Origin: Candidatus Latescibacterota bacterium
GTDB lineage: Bacteria; Latescibacterota; UBA2968
Direction: 5' to 3'
DNA: 64,000 nt
Assembly (NCBI GenBank): GCA_965222605.1
Contig: OZ244960.1
Location: 1,376,001-1,440,000 of the forward strand
This document shows, in pieces, positions 28,239-37,130 of the stretch (within the stretch, counting starts at the first letter, position 1; each line of letters begins with the position of its first letter). The position numbers and the translations under genes are program-made. Below the pieces are notes generated by a model. The model did not search any database. It had not been told where the DNA came from and was given only the letters and a program-made list of their open reading frames with translations.

Positions 28239-28607
28239 GTGACGCAGCTACTATTCATAGCCGGCGGAGGTGCCCTGGGAGCCGTATTGCGCTACGGGAT
28301 GTCTATGGGCATACACATCCTGTTCGGACGCGGCTTTCCCTATGGCACACTCACGGTCAACGTCACCGGATCGATCCTCATGGGGTTACTTTACGTATGC
28401 CTGTCTGAATATATGGATATGCCCTGGCGCGATGGCCTGATAATAGGTCTCCTGGGGGCGTTCACAACTTTTTCGACCTTTTCCATCGAAACCCTGTACC
28501 TGCTCGAAACAAATCACCCTGTACTGGCATTGATGAACATCATCTTAAGTGTCACCCTCTGCATCGCGGGGTGCTGGATCGGCATTGTAATCGGGCGAGC
28601 AATATAG
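28239..28607 (+). CDS. crcB: Fluoride efflux channel CrcB/Fluc
   Basis: GGALGAVLRY, FPYGTLTVN, GLLGAFTTFSTF; GTG start at 28239. Confidence 0.93.
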   Translation: MTQLLFIAGGGALGAVLRYGMSMGIHILFGRGFPYGTLTVNVTGSILMGLLYVCLSEYMDMPWRDGLIIGLLGAFTTFSTFSIETLYLLETNHPVLALMNIILSVTLCIAGCWIGIVIGRAI

Positions 28608-28718
28608 AGGAGTTATCATACTAAAAAAATTAAATCCAAAAGAACGCCCTGGCGAATAGCGTGTAAAAATAGAACAGACAGAAGCGATTTACAGATATTT
28701 ACACAAGGGAGAAATTTC

Positions 28719-29939
28719 ATGGTCAAACGCATTACCGCCATCGGCGTCATCTATTTCTGCATCGCAGTAGGCTGGATTATTCTGAGTGCAACCGTCCACT
28801 TCCGCACTGAGGAACAGGACGACAAGCTCAAAAATGCTGTGGGGCAACTCTGGGGCACAGCGCAGACCCAGCGAGTACCTCAAATCTACTGGCTGGACCG
28901 CGTCACCCGTATCGAAACCAACGCCGACGAGTCTGTCTCACGCACGGTAGATGAGAAACACTTCCTGAATCTAAAAGCCAGTCGCATTGAAGTTGACCTG
29001 TCTCTGGAGCACCGGCGCAAAGGCTTGCTGTGGTACTCCACCTACCAGGTGCAATTCGCAGCCTCGTACACCCTGATCAACCCCACCGACCAGAACCGGC
29101 ACCTGTACTTCGACCTAAAACTGCCCGCCCCTCGCGCTGTGTACGACGACTTCACTTTAACCGTTGACGGTCAGTCCATTGCCGAGCTCCCGATCCGCAA
29201 CGGTCATTTAATCCAACCCATCCATCTATCACCAGGGCAGGAACTCTCCATTGACCTATCCTATCACTCCCAGGGCCTGGACGAATGGCGGTACAGTTTT
29301 GGAGACCATGTCAACCAGGTATCAGACTTCGAACTCGTGATGCACACGGACTTCGCCGCCATAGACTTCCCCCCAGATAGCATGTCTCCCACCTCAAGGA
29401 CCCGCGATGGCGACGCCTGGACTTTGACGTGGAAATACAATCATCTCCTCACCGGCACCGATCTGGGAATGACCCTCCCGGCCCGCCTCAATCCCGGTCC
29501 CTGGGTCGGCAAAGTCGTCATCGCCGCCCCCATCTCCCTCTTTCTTTTTTTCTTTTTGCTCTTTATTTTTTCCATTGTGCGCCGCCTCGACCTGCACCCG
29601 ATGCACTATTTCTTTATCGGTGCCGCCTTCTTTAGTTTTCACCTGCTGCTGGCTTATCTGGTTGACCACCTGATCATCCACTACGCCTTTGTCCTATCTT
29701 CGGCGGTCTCCATTGCCCTCGTCACCTCGTACATGAGATTGGTCCTGGGTACGCGCCTGGCCTTTGTCGAAATTGGTCTGGGACAATTTGTCTATCTCGT
29801 GCTATTTTCCTACACCTTTTTCTTTCCCGGTTATACCGGACTCGCTGTCACCCTCTTGTGCATTACGACCCTGTTCGCCGCCATGCAATTCACTGGCCGC
29901 ATCGACTGGAATGCGGTATTTAACAAGGAACCATCTTGA
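28719..29939 (+). CDS. Inner membrane CreD family protein
   Basis: N-terminal TM, RRKGLLWYSTY, LHPMHY, FHLLLAY, C-terminal TM bundle ending RIDW. Confidence 0.75.
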   Translation: MVKRITAIGVIYFCIAVGWIILSATVHFRTEEQDDKLKNAVGQLWGTAQTQRVPQIYWLDRVTRIETNADESVSRTVDEKHFLNLKASRIEVDLSLEHRRKGLLWYSTYQVQFAASYTLINPTDQNRHLYFDLKLPAPRAVYDDFTLTVDGQSIAELPIRNGHLIQPIHLSPGQELSIDLSYHSQGLDEWRYSFGDHVNQVSDFELVMHTDFAAIDFPPDSMSPTSRTRDGDAWTLTWKYNHLLTGTDLGMTLPARLNPGPWVGKVVIAAPISLFLFFFLLFIFSIVRRLDLHPMHYFFIGAAFFSFHLLLAYLVDHLIIHYAFVLSSAVSIALVTSYMRLVLGTRLAFVEIGLGQFVYLVLFSYTFFFPGYTGLAVTLLCITTLFAAMQFTGRIDWNAVFNKEPS

Positions 29940-31375
29940 TGGGTATTTCAGTAGAAAAAATCGATCTCAATGTTTTGAACATGCACACGCGATTTCCGTT
30001 TAAGTACGGGATCGCATCGCTCGTGGCATTGCCCCATTTATTTGTGCGGGCGCGGGTCAATATCGATGGAAAAAAAGAAATCGGGTTGGCCGCAGAGGGA
30101 TTGCCGCCAAAGTGGTTCACCAAAAATCCAGACGCGCCGTTTGAGTCCGATCTCGATGAAATGCTCACCGTTATTCAAAATGCCTGTGATATCGCCCTGC
30201 AAAGCGATGCAGAAAATTCGGTATTTGATCTCTGGCAAGCGATTTATACCAAACAGCGCGCCTGGGCAAAAACAACAGCCTATCCGCCGCTCCTATGGGC
30301 ATTCGGCGTCAGCATGGTCGAACGCGCACTGATCGACGCCTTCTGTCGGGCAAAAGGCGTGACATTTGCACAAGCTATAAAAGAAAATGTGCTGGACATT
30401 CGCCTTGCAGATATCCACAGCGAATTGCACGGCAACGAACCCGGCGACCTCTTGCCACACGCGGCGCGGCGATCAATCACCGTGCGGCACACCGTGGGCC
30501 TGGCCGACCCATTGACCGATGAAGACATCGCAGACGAAGATCGCGTAGATGATGGCCTGCCCCACTCACTGGCAGCAAATATCGAAGCCTATCAGTTGAC
30601 ACATCTAAAAATTAAGCTGTGCGGCGATGCAGAACAGGACCTGAATCGGCTCCGGCAAATAGCGGACTTGATGCCCGATCAATGCGCTTTCACACTCGAT
30701 GGCAACGAACAGTACACAGAGGTCGAACCCTTCAGAAAACTCTGGAACACCATTCAAGGCGATACGGTGCTCTCGTCTTTTATGAAAGGACTGATCTTTG
30801 TCGAGCAACCACTCCATCGCGACATGGCCCTCAGCGCAACCGTCAAAGCCGTACTAACAGATTGGACCGATCGCCCCCCGATGATCATCGACGAATCGGA
30901 CGGCGCCCTCAACAGCGCAACGCAGGCATTGGATTGTGGCTATGTGGGCACGAGCCACAAAAATTGCAAAGGCATTTTTAAGGGCATTGCCAATGCGTGC
31001 TTAATAGCCCATCGCCAACAACGCGACCCCTCGGGAACATATATCTTGAGCAGTGAAGATCTCGCCAATGTCGGTCCTGTGGCTTTGTTACAGGACCTCG
31101 CGGTACTGGCTGTATTGGGCGTGGATCACTCGGAGCGCAACGGGCATCACTATTTTGCGGGCTTGGACATGTATCCCGACGCAGTACAGAAACAGGTGAT
31201 GGCGCATCACAGCACCCTTTATCGCCAACACGCGCGGGGCTTTCCCATTCTAAATGTGCGCGAAGGCTCGCTCAACGTAGATAGCGTAGTCAATGCACCC
31301 TTCGGCTATGGCTTCGAACTGGACACCCTTCAATTTACCCCCCTCGCGAACTGGACCATAGATGAACTGGCCTGA
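29939..31375 (+). CDS. Uncharacterised enolase-superfamily protein
   Basis: RFPFKYG, KIKL (KxK), LDGNE, FVEQP, IIDES, SHKNCKG, ERNGHHY; TGATG coupling to creD. Confidence 0.7.
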   Translation: MGISVEKIDLNVLNMHTRFPFKYGIASLVALPHLFVRARVNIDGKKEIGLAAEGLPPKWFTKNPDAPFESDLDEMLTVIQNACDIALQSDAENSVFDLWQAIYTKQRAWAKTTAYPPLLWAFGVSMVERALIDAFCRAKGVTFAQAIKENVLDIRLADIHSELHGNEPGDLLPHAARRSITVRHTVGLADPLTDEDIADEDRVDDGLPHSLAANIEAYQLTHLKIKLCGDAEQDLNRLRQIADLMPDQCAFTLDGNEQYTEVEPFRKLWNTIQGDTVLSSFMKGLIFVEQPLHRDMALSATVKAVLTDWTDRPPMIIDESDGALNSATQALDCGYVGTSHKNCKGIFKGIANACLIAHRQQRDPSGTYILSSEDLANVGPVALLQDLAVLAVLGVDHSERNGHHYFAGLDMYPDAVQKQVMAHHSTLYRQHARGFPILNVREGSLNVDSVVNAPFGYGFELDTLQFTPLANWTIDELA

Positions 31376-31386
31376 GAGTTAAAACA

Positions 31387-32748
31387 ATGATCATAAACTG
31401 GCACCATATCGAAAAAGAAGTAACGAATTTTTTACAGCACCTGATTCGGTGTAATACGACCAATCCCCCGGGCAATGAAATCCTGTGTGCAAATTATATT
31501 GCCGATGTATTGAAGCACGAGGGCATTGACCCCTTGATTACAGAATCAGAACCTGGACGCGGAAATGTCACAGCGCGCTTAAAAGGTGGAAACGCGCCCG
31601 CGCTCATGCTATTGGGACATACAGATGTCGTCGCAGTAGAACCCGATAAATGGTCGCGCGATCCCTTTGGCGGGGAATTGCACAACGACTATATCTGGGG
31701 ACGCGGCGCACTGGACATGAAAAACATGGTCGCAGCAGAACTCATAGTCTTCTTGCTCTTGAAACGGCAAGGTGTGGCACTAAACCGCGACGTGATCTAT
31801 GCGGCAACCGCAGATGAAGAGGCCGGCAGAGGAAACCACGGCATTGGTTGGCTCATCGATCACCATCCCGAACAGGTCAATGCAAAATACGTATTAACAG
31901 AAGGCGGGGGCGGCGATTTTTATGTAAATGGAAAACACTTTTATACGTGTCAAACTGGACAAAAAGGCATTTTTCGCTTTCGTCTGAAGGCAAAAGGACA
32001 GCCAGGCCACGGTTCTCGTCCCCACCGCGACAATGCAGTCGTCAAACTCAGCCGCGCAATTGCTGCTTTGGGACAGGCAAAACTGCCAATACATTCCTCT
32101 AAAACACTGCGCGCGTTCTTAGAAGGCATTGCAGCGACACAGGACGATGAGACCGCACAACAATTGCGCCGAGTACTCGATGCAAAGCACAGTGAGAACG
32201 CATTGCAACAACTGCCCCTCGCGCCAGATATGATCGCCTCACTGCGCGCCCTATTGCACAATACGGTTTCACCAACTATTTTGGAAGCGGGCAGCAAAAT
32301 CAATGTCATACCCGCCGAAGCAACTGCGCGGATTGATGGCCGGCTCGCGCCCGGTCAGACCAATAAGAGCTTTGAAGCCGAAATCCGATCCTGCATTGGC
32401 AATGAAATTGAACTCATCACAGATCAATACAGCCCCCCTTTAGAGGCGAGTACAAATTCGCCCCTGTACGAGACCATCGTTCAGATAATGGCAGAACGCG
32501 ATCCAGACGCCACCGTAGTCCCCGCACTGATGACCGGAGGTACAGATGCCAAACATATTTGCCCGCGCTGGCCCGACGTGCAGGTTTACGGATTTATGCC
32601 CCACCGGCAAGCGCTGGGAGAAGAAGAAATGGATTTGATACACGGACATGACGAGCGCATCTCAGTAGAAAATCTCGTATTTGCAACGCGCATTTTGTAC
32701 GATATTGTAACGCGCTTTTGCGGGAGCTCAACAGGAGATAAGGCGTGA
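31387..32748 (+). CDS. M20/M25/M40 family metallo-hydrolase
   Basis: TTNPPGNE, GHTDVV, GRGALDMK, ADEE, TEGG, GGTDA, IHGHDER. Confidence 0.92.
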   Translation: MIINWHHIEKEVTNFLQHLIRCNTTNPPGNEILCANYIADVLKHEGIDPLITESEPGRGNVTARLKGGNAPALMLLGHTDVVAVEPDKWSRDPFGGELHNDYIWGRGALDMKNMVAAELIVFLLLKRQGVALNRDVIYAATADEEAGRGNHGIGWLIDHHPEQVNAKYVLTEGGGGDFYVNGKHFYTCQTGQKGIFRFRLKAKGQPGHGSRPHRDNAVVKLSRAIAALGQAKLPIHSSKTLRAFLEGIAATQDDETAQQLRRVLDAKHSENALQQLPLAPDMIASLRALLHNTVSPTILEAGSKINVIPAEATARIDGRLAPGQTNKSFEAEIRSCIGNEIELITDQYSPPLEASTNSPLYETIVQIMAERDPDATVVPALMTGGTDAKHICPRWPDVQVYGFMPHRQALGEEEMDLIHGHDERISVENLVFATRILYDIVTRFCGSSTGDKA

Positions 32749-33713
32749 AAATTCTGGTGACGGATTATGCATGGGCAAATCTGGACGTAGAAAAAAGTGT
32801 TTTGAATGAAATCGGTGCCGAACTCGTTCCCGCACCCGATGACAGTGAAGAAACACTTGTCCGTCTGGCGCAGGGATGTTGTGGTATCATGACATGCTGG
32901 GCGCAAACCACGCGCGCAGTTATCGCATCCGCATTGCCCGATTTAAAAGTAATCGTGCGATACGGTGTGGGATTGGACAATATCGATGTGTCTTATGCAA
33001 CAGAGCGAGGTATTCCCGTAGCCAATGTGCCCGATTATTGTTTTATCGACGTAGCCGAGCAAACCATGGCCCTGCTATTGGGGCTTTCGCACAAAGTCGC
33101 GCAATTTGATCGGCTAATTCGCGGCGGCACATGGGATATCCAGGCGGGCTTGCCCCTGCGGCGTTTGACAGGGCAGGTACTCGGCCTGATCGGATTTGGG
33201 CAAATTGCGCGCGAAGTCGTTCCCCGTGCACGGGCTTTTGGGCTACATGTGTTGGCCTACTCGCGGACTTTGACACCAGAACAAGCGCGCATCTGTGGCG
33301 TCGAATCCGCGGATTTGGACACCCTGCTTCGCACATCGGATTTTGTATCGCTTCACTGTCCATCTACCGATGAAACGCGAGGCCTGATCAATGCCGATAA
33401 TCTGGGAAAAATGAAGCCAACAGCGTGTTTGATCAACACATCGCGGGGCGACATTGTCGATGAGGCAGCCTTGCTCGCGGCATTAAAAAATAAAACCCTT
33501 GCAGGCGCTGCCCTCGACGTGCGATGCCAGGAGCCGCCCAAAGCAGAGGATCGTTTAATCCAAATAGATCGGGTAATTCACAGCCCACATTCGGCTTTTT
33601 ATTCGGAAGAGTCGCTCATTGAATTGGAAAAAAAAGCCGCCTGGGAAGCGCGGCGAGTCCTGACGGGAAAAGCACCCGTGCATCTGGTCAACCCGGAATA
33701 CGAGAATCCGTAA
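32745..33713 (+). CDS. D-2-hydroxyacid dehydrogenase (CtBP-like)
   Basis: RYGVGLDNID, NVPDY, GLIGFGQIA, INTSRG, EPP, SPHSAFYS. Confidence 0.9.
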   Translation: MKILVTDYAWANLDVEKSVLNEIGAELVPAPDDSEETLVRLAQGCCGIMTCWAQTTRAVIASALPDLKVIVRYGVGLDNIDVSYATERGIPVANVPDYCFIDVAEQTMALLLGLSHKVAQFDRLIRGGTWDIQAGLPLRRLTGQVLGLIGFGQIAREVVPRARAFGLHVLAYSRTLTPEQARICGVESADLDTLLRTSDFVSLHCPSTDETRGLINADNLGKMKPTACLINTSRGDIVDEAALLAALKNKTLAGAALDVRCQEPPKAEDRLIQIDRVIHSPHSAFYSEESLIELEKKAAWEARRVLTGKAPVHLVNPEYENP

Positions 33714-33729
33714 CCAAAGGAGTATCAGT

Positions 33730-34722
33730 GTGAACAAACCAAAAGTCGGTATTGTGGTTCGAAAATCACTCAGAGAAAGAATTTTGAGTGATTGGGATTT
33801 GGAAATCTTGGAAAATTTTGCAGATGTGACAATCAATGATGAAGACCGCGATATAGTAGATGAAGAAGCGGCTGAATTTTTACAGGGCATGGACGGGGCG
33901 ATGACGAGTTGGAACTCCGGAGACTTGACACCTGCGATTCTGGAAGGCGTGCCAACGCTGAAGATATGGGCTTATGGCGCGGGCACCGTAAAGGGAAAAA
34001 TCTGCGATGAGGCGTGGGAAAAAGATATTGTAGTAACAAGTGCCGCGCCCGCAATTGCCGATGATGTCGCGGAAATGACTCTGGGATTCATGACCATGGG
34101 ATTGCGCCGGGTATTTTCTCATTCACGCGCCATGCGGGAAGGTGAGAGAAGGCCGGACAAGACCGAATCGCGCTCGCTGTATCGGCGCACAATCGGCGTC
34201 ATTAGTGCCAGCCAGGTCGGGCAGCGCGTGATGCGGTTGTTGCAACCCTATCAGACGCGCATATTGCTCTACGATCCCTTTGTAACGCCAGAGCGAGCGA
34301 GCGAGGAATTTGGCGCGGAACTCGCGGATTTGGAGACAATAGCACGCGAAGCAGAGGTCGTAACCGTTCACGCACCAAAATTAGATGCGACATATCACCT
34401 CTGGAATGAGACGCATTTTAAACTCATGCGCGACGATTGCGTATTTATCAATACATCACGCGGTCCCAATATCGACGAAGCCGCGCTAATCGCAGAATTG
34501 CAAAAAGGGCGATTCTCCGCCTTTTTGGACGTGACCGATCCCGAACCACCTGCTATGGACAGCCCACTGCGCCGTTTGCCCAATGTGATCTTAACGCCGC
34601 ATTGTGCCGGGCTACAATCCTATCGCATCGGCGCACTGGTAGTCGAAGAATTGCGCCGATTTTTTGCGAGCGAAGATCAACTGTTTCAGGTCAAACGAGA
34701 AATGCTGGATCGTCTGGCATAA
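33730..34722 (+). CDS. D-2-hydroxyacid dehydrogenase
   Basis: AGTVK, VAEMT, SQVG, FINTSRG, LDVTDPEP, TPHCAG. Confidence 0.88.
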   Translation: MNKPKVGIVVRKSLRERILSDWDLEILENFADVTINDEDRDIVDEEAAEFLQGMDGAMTSWNSGDLTPAILEGVPTLKIWAYGAGTVKGKICDEAWEKDIVVTSAAPAIADDVAEMTLGFMTMGLRRVFSHSRAMREGERRPDKTESRSLYRRTIGVISASQVGQRVMRLLQPYQTRILLYDPFVTPERASEEFGAELADLETIAREAEVVTVHAPKLDATYHLWNETHFKLMRDDCVFINTSRGPNIDEAALIAELQKGRFSAFLDVTDPEPPAMDSPLRRLPNVILTPHCAGLQSYRIGALVVEELRRFFASEDQLFQVKREMLDRLA

Positions 34723-34743
34723 AAAAGGACGCGGGGGATTTTA

Positions 34744-35232
34744 ATGCAAAAACGCGTAGATTATTTATCGTGGGATGAGTACTTTATGGGTGTGGCTTTG
34801 CTATCGGCGCACCGAAGCAAAGACCCCAATACACAGGTAGGCGCGTGTATTATCAATGAAAAAAAGAAAATTGTGGGCATTGGATACAACGGATTGCCCA
34901 TTGGATGTTCGGACGATGATTTTCCCTGGGGTAGAGAAGGCGACTTTCTCGATACAAAATATCCCTATATCTGCCATGCAGAATTGAATGCGATTTTGAA
35001 CAAAATCAGCGCAGACTTACATGAATGCACGCTTTACGTCACCTTATTTCCGTGCAATGAATGTGCAAAAGTGATTATTCAGTCGGGCATTCGCGAAGTG
35101 ATCTATCTGGCAAATAAATACCCAAATTCCAATTCCGTAAAAGCCACTTGCCGCATGTTTAATAGTGCGGGTATTCGCTATCGCGCGCTGGAGGAATACC
35201 GAGAGCGCGTTGTCCTTGATTTCAGGATCTGA
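34744..35232 (+). CDS. dCMP deaminase
   Basis: SWDEYFM, RSKDPNTQVGACI, GYNG, CHAELNAI, FPCNECAK. Confidence 0.93.
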   Translation: MQKRVDYLSWDEYFMGVALLSAHRSKDPNTQVGACIINEKKKIVGIGYNGLPIGCSDDDFPWGREGDFLDTKYPYICHAELNAILNKISADLHECTLYVTLFPCNECAKVIIQSGIREVIYLANKYPNSNSVKATCRMFNSAGIRYRALEEYRERVVLDFRI

Positions 35233-35239
35233 GGCAGTC

Positions 35240-36277
35240 ATGGCATCTCTGGTACTTCAAGATAGCATGGACACGAAGGCATTGCCCAACGCGACCGATT
35301 TGAAGCGCGCGCTCGTGGATATTTTATACCGCAGGCATTTTGGGGCATTGCTAATTTTTGGCATTGATTCCCTCAATCGGGCACACGGGAACAATGGGGA
35401 TCAGGTGCTTAAAGTGCTAAAGTCTATGGCAGAATTTATTCCCACCCCCAATAGATTTCGCATAGCGGATGACAAAATCGCCGTGCTTTTTGATGCTGAT
35501 GATGCGCGTGTGCATGAAATCCCATCATCCCTGCCTGTCGTGATTGCCGACCAAACAGGACACCGCGTATCTTGCGGTGGTGTTAAAATCTCGAGCGAGG
35601 ATTATGGCCTGCATCCCCAAATGTCCGATATGATCTTTTCCACTGCCCAATGCGTACTCGCTCGGGCGCAACAACACGCAATCCCGCATGTGGTCTGGTT
35701 GACCGAGAAATCCGCAGATGATATATTATATCTAACAGATATTTCCCTGAACTTTTTTCGAAAAATTGCGCGTATCAATGCCGCGCTGGTACAGAGAATG
35801 ACATTGGAATCGCGCACAGATTTTTTGACTGGTCTTTACAATCGGCGCGGTTTTGAAGTGGTATTTACACGTATGGTGCGACGCGCAATTCGCAATGGAA
35901 ACCCCCTCGCGCTCTATTACATAGACTCCGATTCGCTCAAAGCGATTAACGACAGCAAAGGACACGATGCGGGCGACCGATTCATTGTAGATTTGGCGCA
36001 AGTATTAAATGACATGCTGCGCGCATCGGATTTGTTATCGCGGTGGGCGGGAGATGAATTTGCTGCGGTGGTTGAAAATACGTCGAGAGCGCGTGCTTAT
36101 GCGATAGCCCGCCGTTTGAACCGAGCCGTTGATGAGCGCACTGAAGGCACGATATCCATTGGGGTTTATCACGGCGTACCCGAATCAACAGAAGACGCAC
36201 TCAGAAAAGCAGATGCCGCCCTGTACCGCGCAAAAAACCGCGGAAAAAATGATATTGAATTGGCTGACCCGGTTTAG
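35240..36277 (+). CDS. Diguanylate cyclase (AGDEF variant) with degenerate N-terminal GGDEF-like domain
   Basis: TDFLTGLYNRR, DSDSLKAINDSKGHDAGD, RASD-LLSRW-AGDEF, ADAALYRAK; N-terminal IDSLNRAHG..GDQVLK..FRIADDKIAV. Confidence 0.85.
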   Translation: MASLVLQDSMDTKALPNATDLKRALVDILYRRHFGALLIFGIDSLNRAHGNNGDQVLKVLKSMAEFIPTPNRFRIADDKIAVLFDADDARVHEIPSSLPVVIADQTGHRVSCGGVKISSEDYGLHPQMSDMIFSTAQCVLARAQQHAIPHVVWLTEKSADDILYLTDISLNFFRKIARINAALVQRMTLESRTDFLTGLYNRRGFEVVFTRMVRRAIRNGNPLALYYIDSDSLKAINDSKGHDAGDRFIVDLAQVLNDMLRASDLLSRWAGDEFAAVVENTSRARAYAIARRLNRAVDERTEGTISIGVYHGVPESTEDALRKADAALYRAKNRGKNDIELADPV

Positions 36278-36356
36278 AAACCCGAAATGGGTTTGCATTG
36301 TCTTATTAAAGATTATGAGAGGAACCCGCCCATTTGCAAATGTATCCTAAAATATG

Positions 36357-36383
36357 TAGGGGCGGTGTCCCCGTGCCCGCCCG
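36357..36383 (+). repeat. GTAG-type REP half element
   Basis: GTAGGGGCGGTGTCCCCGTGCCCGCCC; related degenerate copies at ~42874-42981. Confidence 0.5.
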
Positions 36384-36404
36384 CTCATTTTAAGGAGAAG
36401 TATC

Positions 36405-36947
36405 ATGCCCAAAAAGAAAGGCTATGGATTAAATAAATACCAGAAAAAAGCAAAGAAGGCAGGCGAACTTCGGTTGCGGCGGAAAGATATTCCGCACTAT
36501 CTCGCGCTGGCAGAAAGCGACAACCCGGCAGACCGACACGAGGCCGCTGCCAATTTGTGTCCATGCCATGTGCGGCATCCCGTTCCCGAAATACAGACCG
36601 CGCTATTCAGACTCATGGAAGACTCCGATTCAAACGTGCGCGCCCGCGCCTGGCACACGCTGGAAGATGGCGGCGTACCCGACGACCCGAAAATGGATGA
36701 AATTTTTGAACGCGCCCGTCAAAATGAAACCGATAAGACAGTGCTGAACTTTATGCGGCAGGTGCAAAACGAAAATTACGCGCACAAAGAACGCACCATG
36801 CTCAAAGTCGCAGCCCAATCGGAATACAATCAGACTGGCCGATGCGATTTTTGCGGTGCAACCGGCAGGGTAAAAACGGACTTTGACACCGAAATACCCG
36901 ACGGTGGGCAGATGCGTTTTGCATTGGTATGTGAAGACTGTGGGTGA
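36405..36947 (+). CDS. HEAT-repeat protein with CPCH motif and C-terminal zinc finger; stop codon supplied by IS end
   Basis: RBS AAGGAG; NLCPCHVR, LMEDSDSNVRARAWHTL, CDFC...CEDC; TGA 36945-36947 lies within the IS terminal GTGAC. Confidence 0.75.
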   Translation: MPKKKGYGLNKYQKKAKKAGELRLRRKDIPHYLALAESDNPADRHEAAANLCPCHVRHPVPEIQTALFRLMEDSDSNVRARAWHTLEDGGVPDDPKMDEIFERARQNETDKTVLNFMRQVQNENYAHKERTMLKVAAQSEYNQTGRCDFCGATGRVKTDFDTEIPDGGQMRFALVCEDCG

Positions 36948-37130
36948 CTACTCCCAACGATAGAGCAGTTGGGCTTCTTGGCGTTTAGGTCGCCTGACGT
37001 TGTAGCCCCAACGTCAAAATGTTTATGGCAGCATTGAGGTCTCTGTCTGCGGTATAGCCACACGCCTTGCAATTGTGTACACGCTGAGAGAGTGCTTTTT
37101 TCTCTCTATGTCCGCATGCCGAGCAATCTT
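36925..37130 (-). ncRNA. Predicted omegaRNA/reRNA of TnpB (5' end uncertain), guide from flanking DNA
   Basis: TnpB reRNAs overlap the tnpB 3' end and the right end. Terminal hairpin CCCAAC/GTTGGG then TCAC; predicted guide begins CCACAGTCTTCACATACC. Confidence 0.55.

Noticed and set aside
34744-36277. Deaminase plus cyclase anti-phage system
   Set aside because: The deaminase is a standard short dCMP deaminase without the P-loop domain of defence dCTP deaminases, and no effector gene is present.
36275-36350. c-di-GMP riboswitch after the cyclase gene
   Set aside because: Only a short AAACCC-GAAAT-GGGTTT hairpin; the rest of the consensus is not evident.
36945-36947. Second selenocysteine codon after CEDCG
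   Set aside because: The TGA and following hairpin belong to the IS right end; the reconstructed empty site has TCA (Ser).
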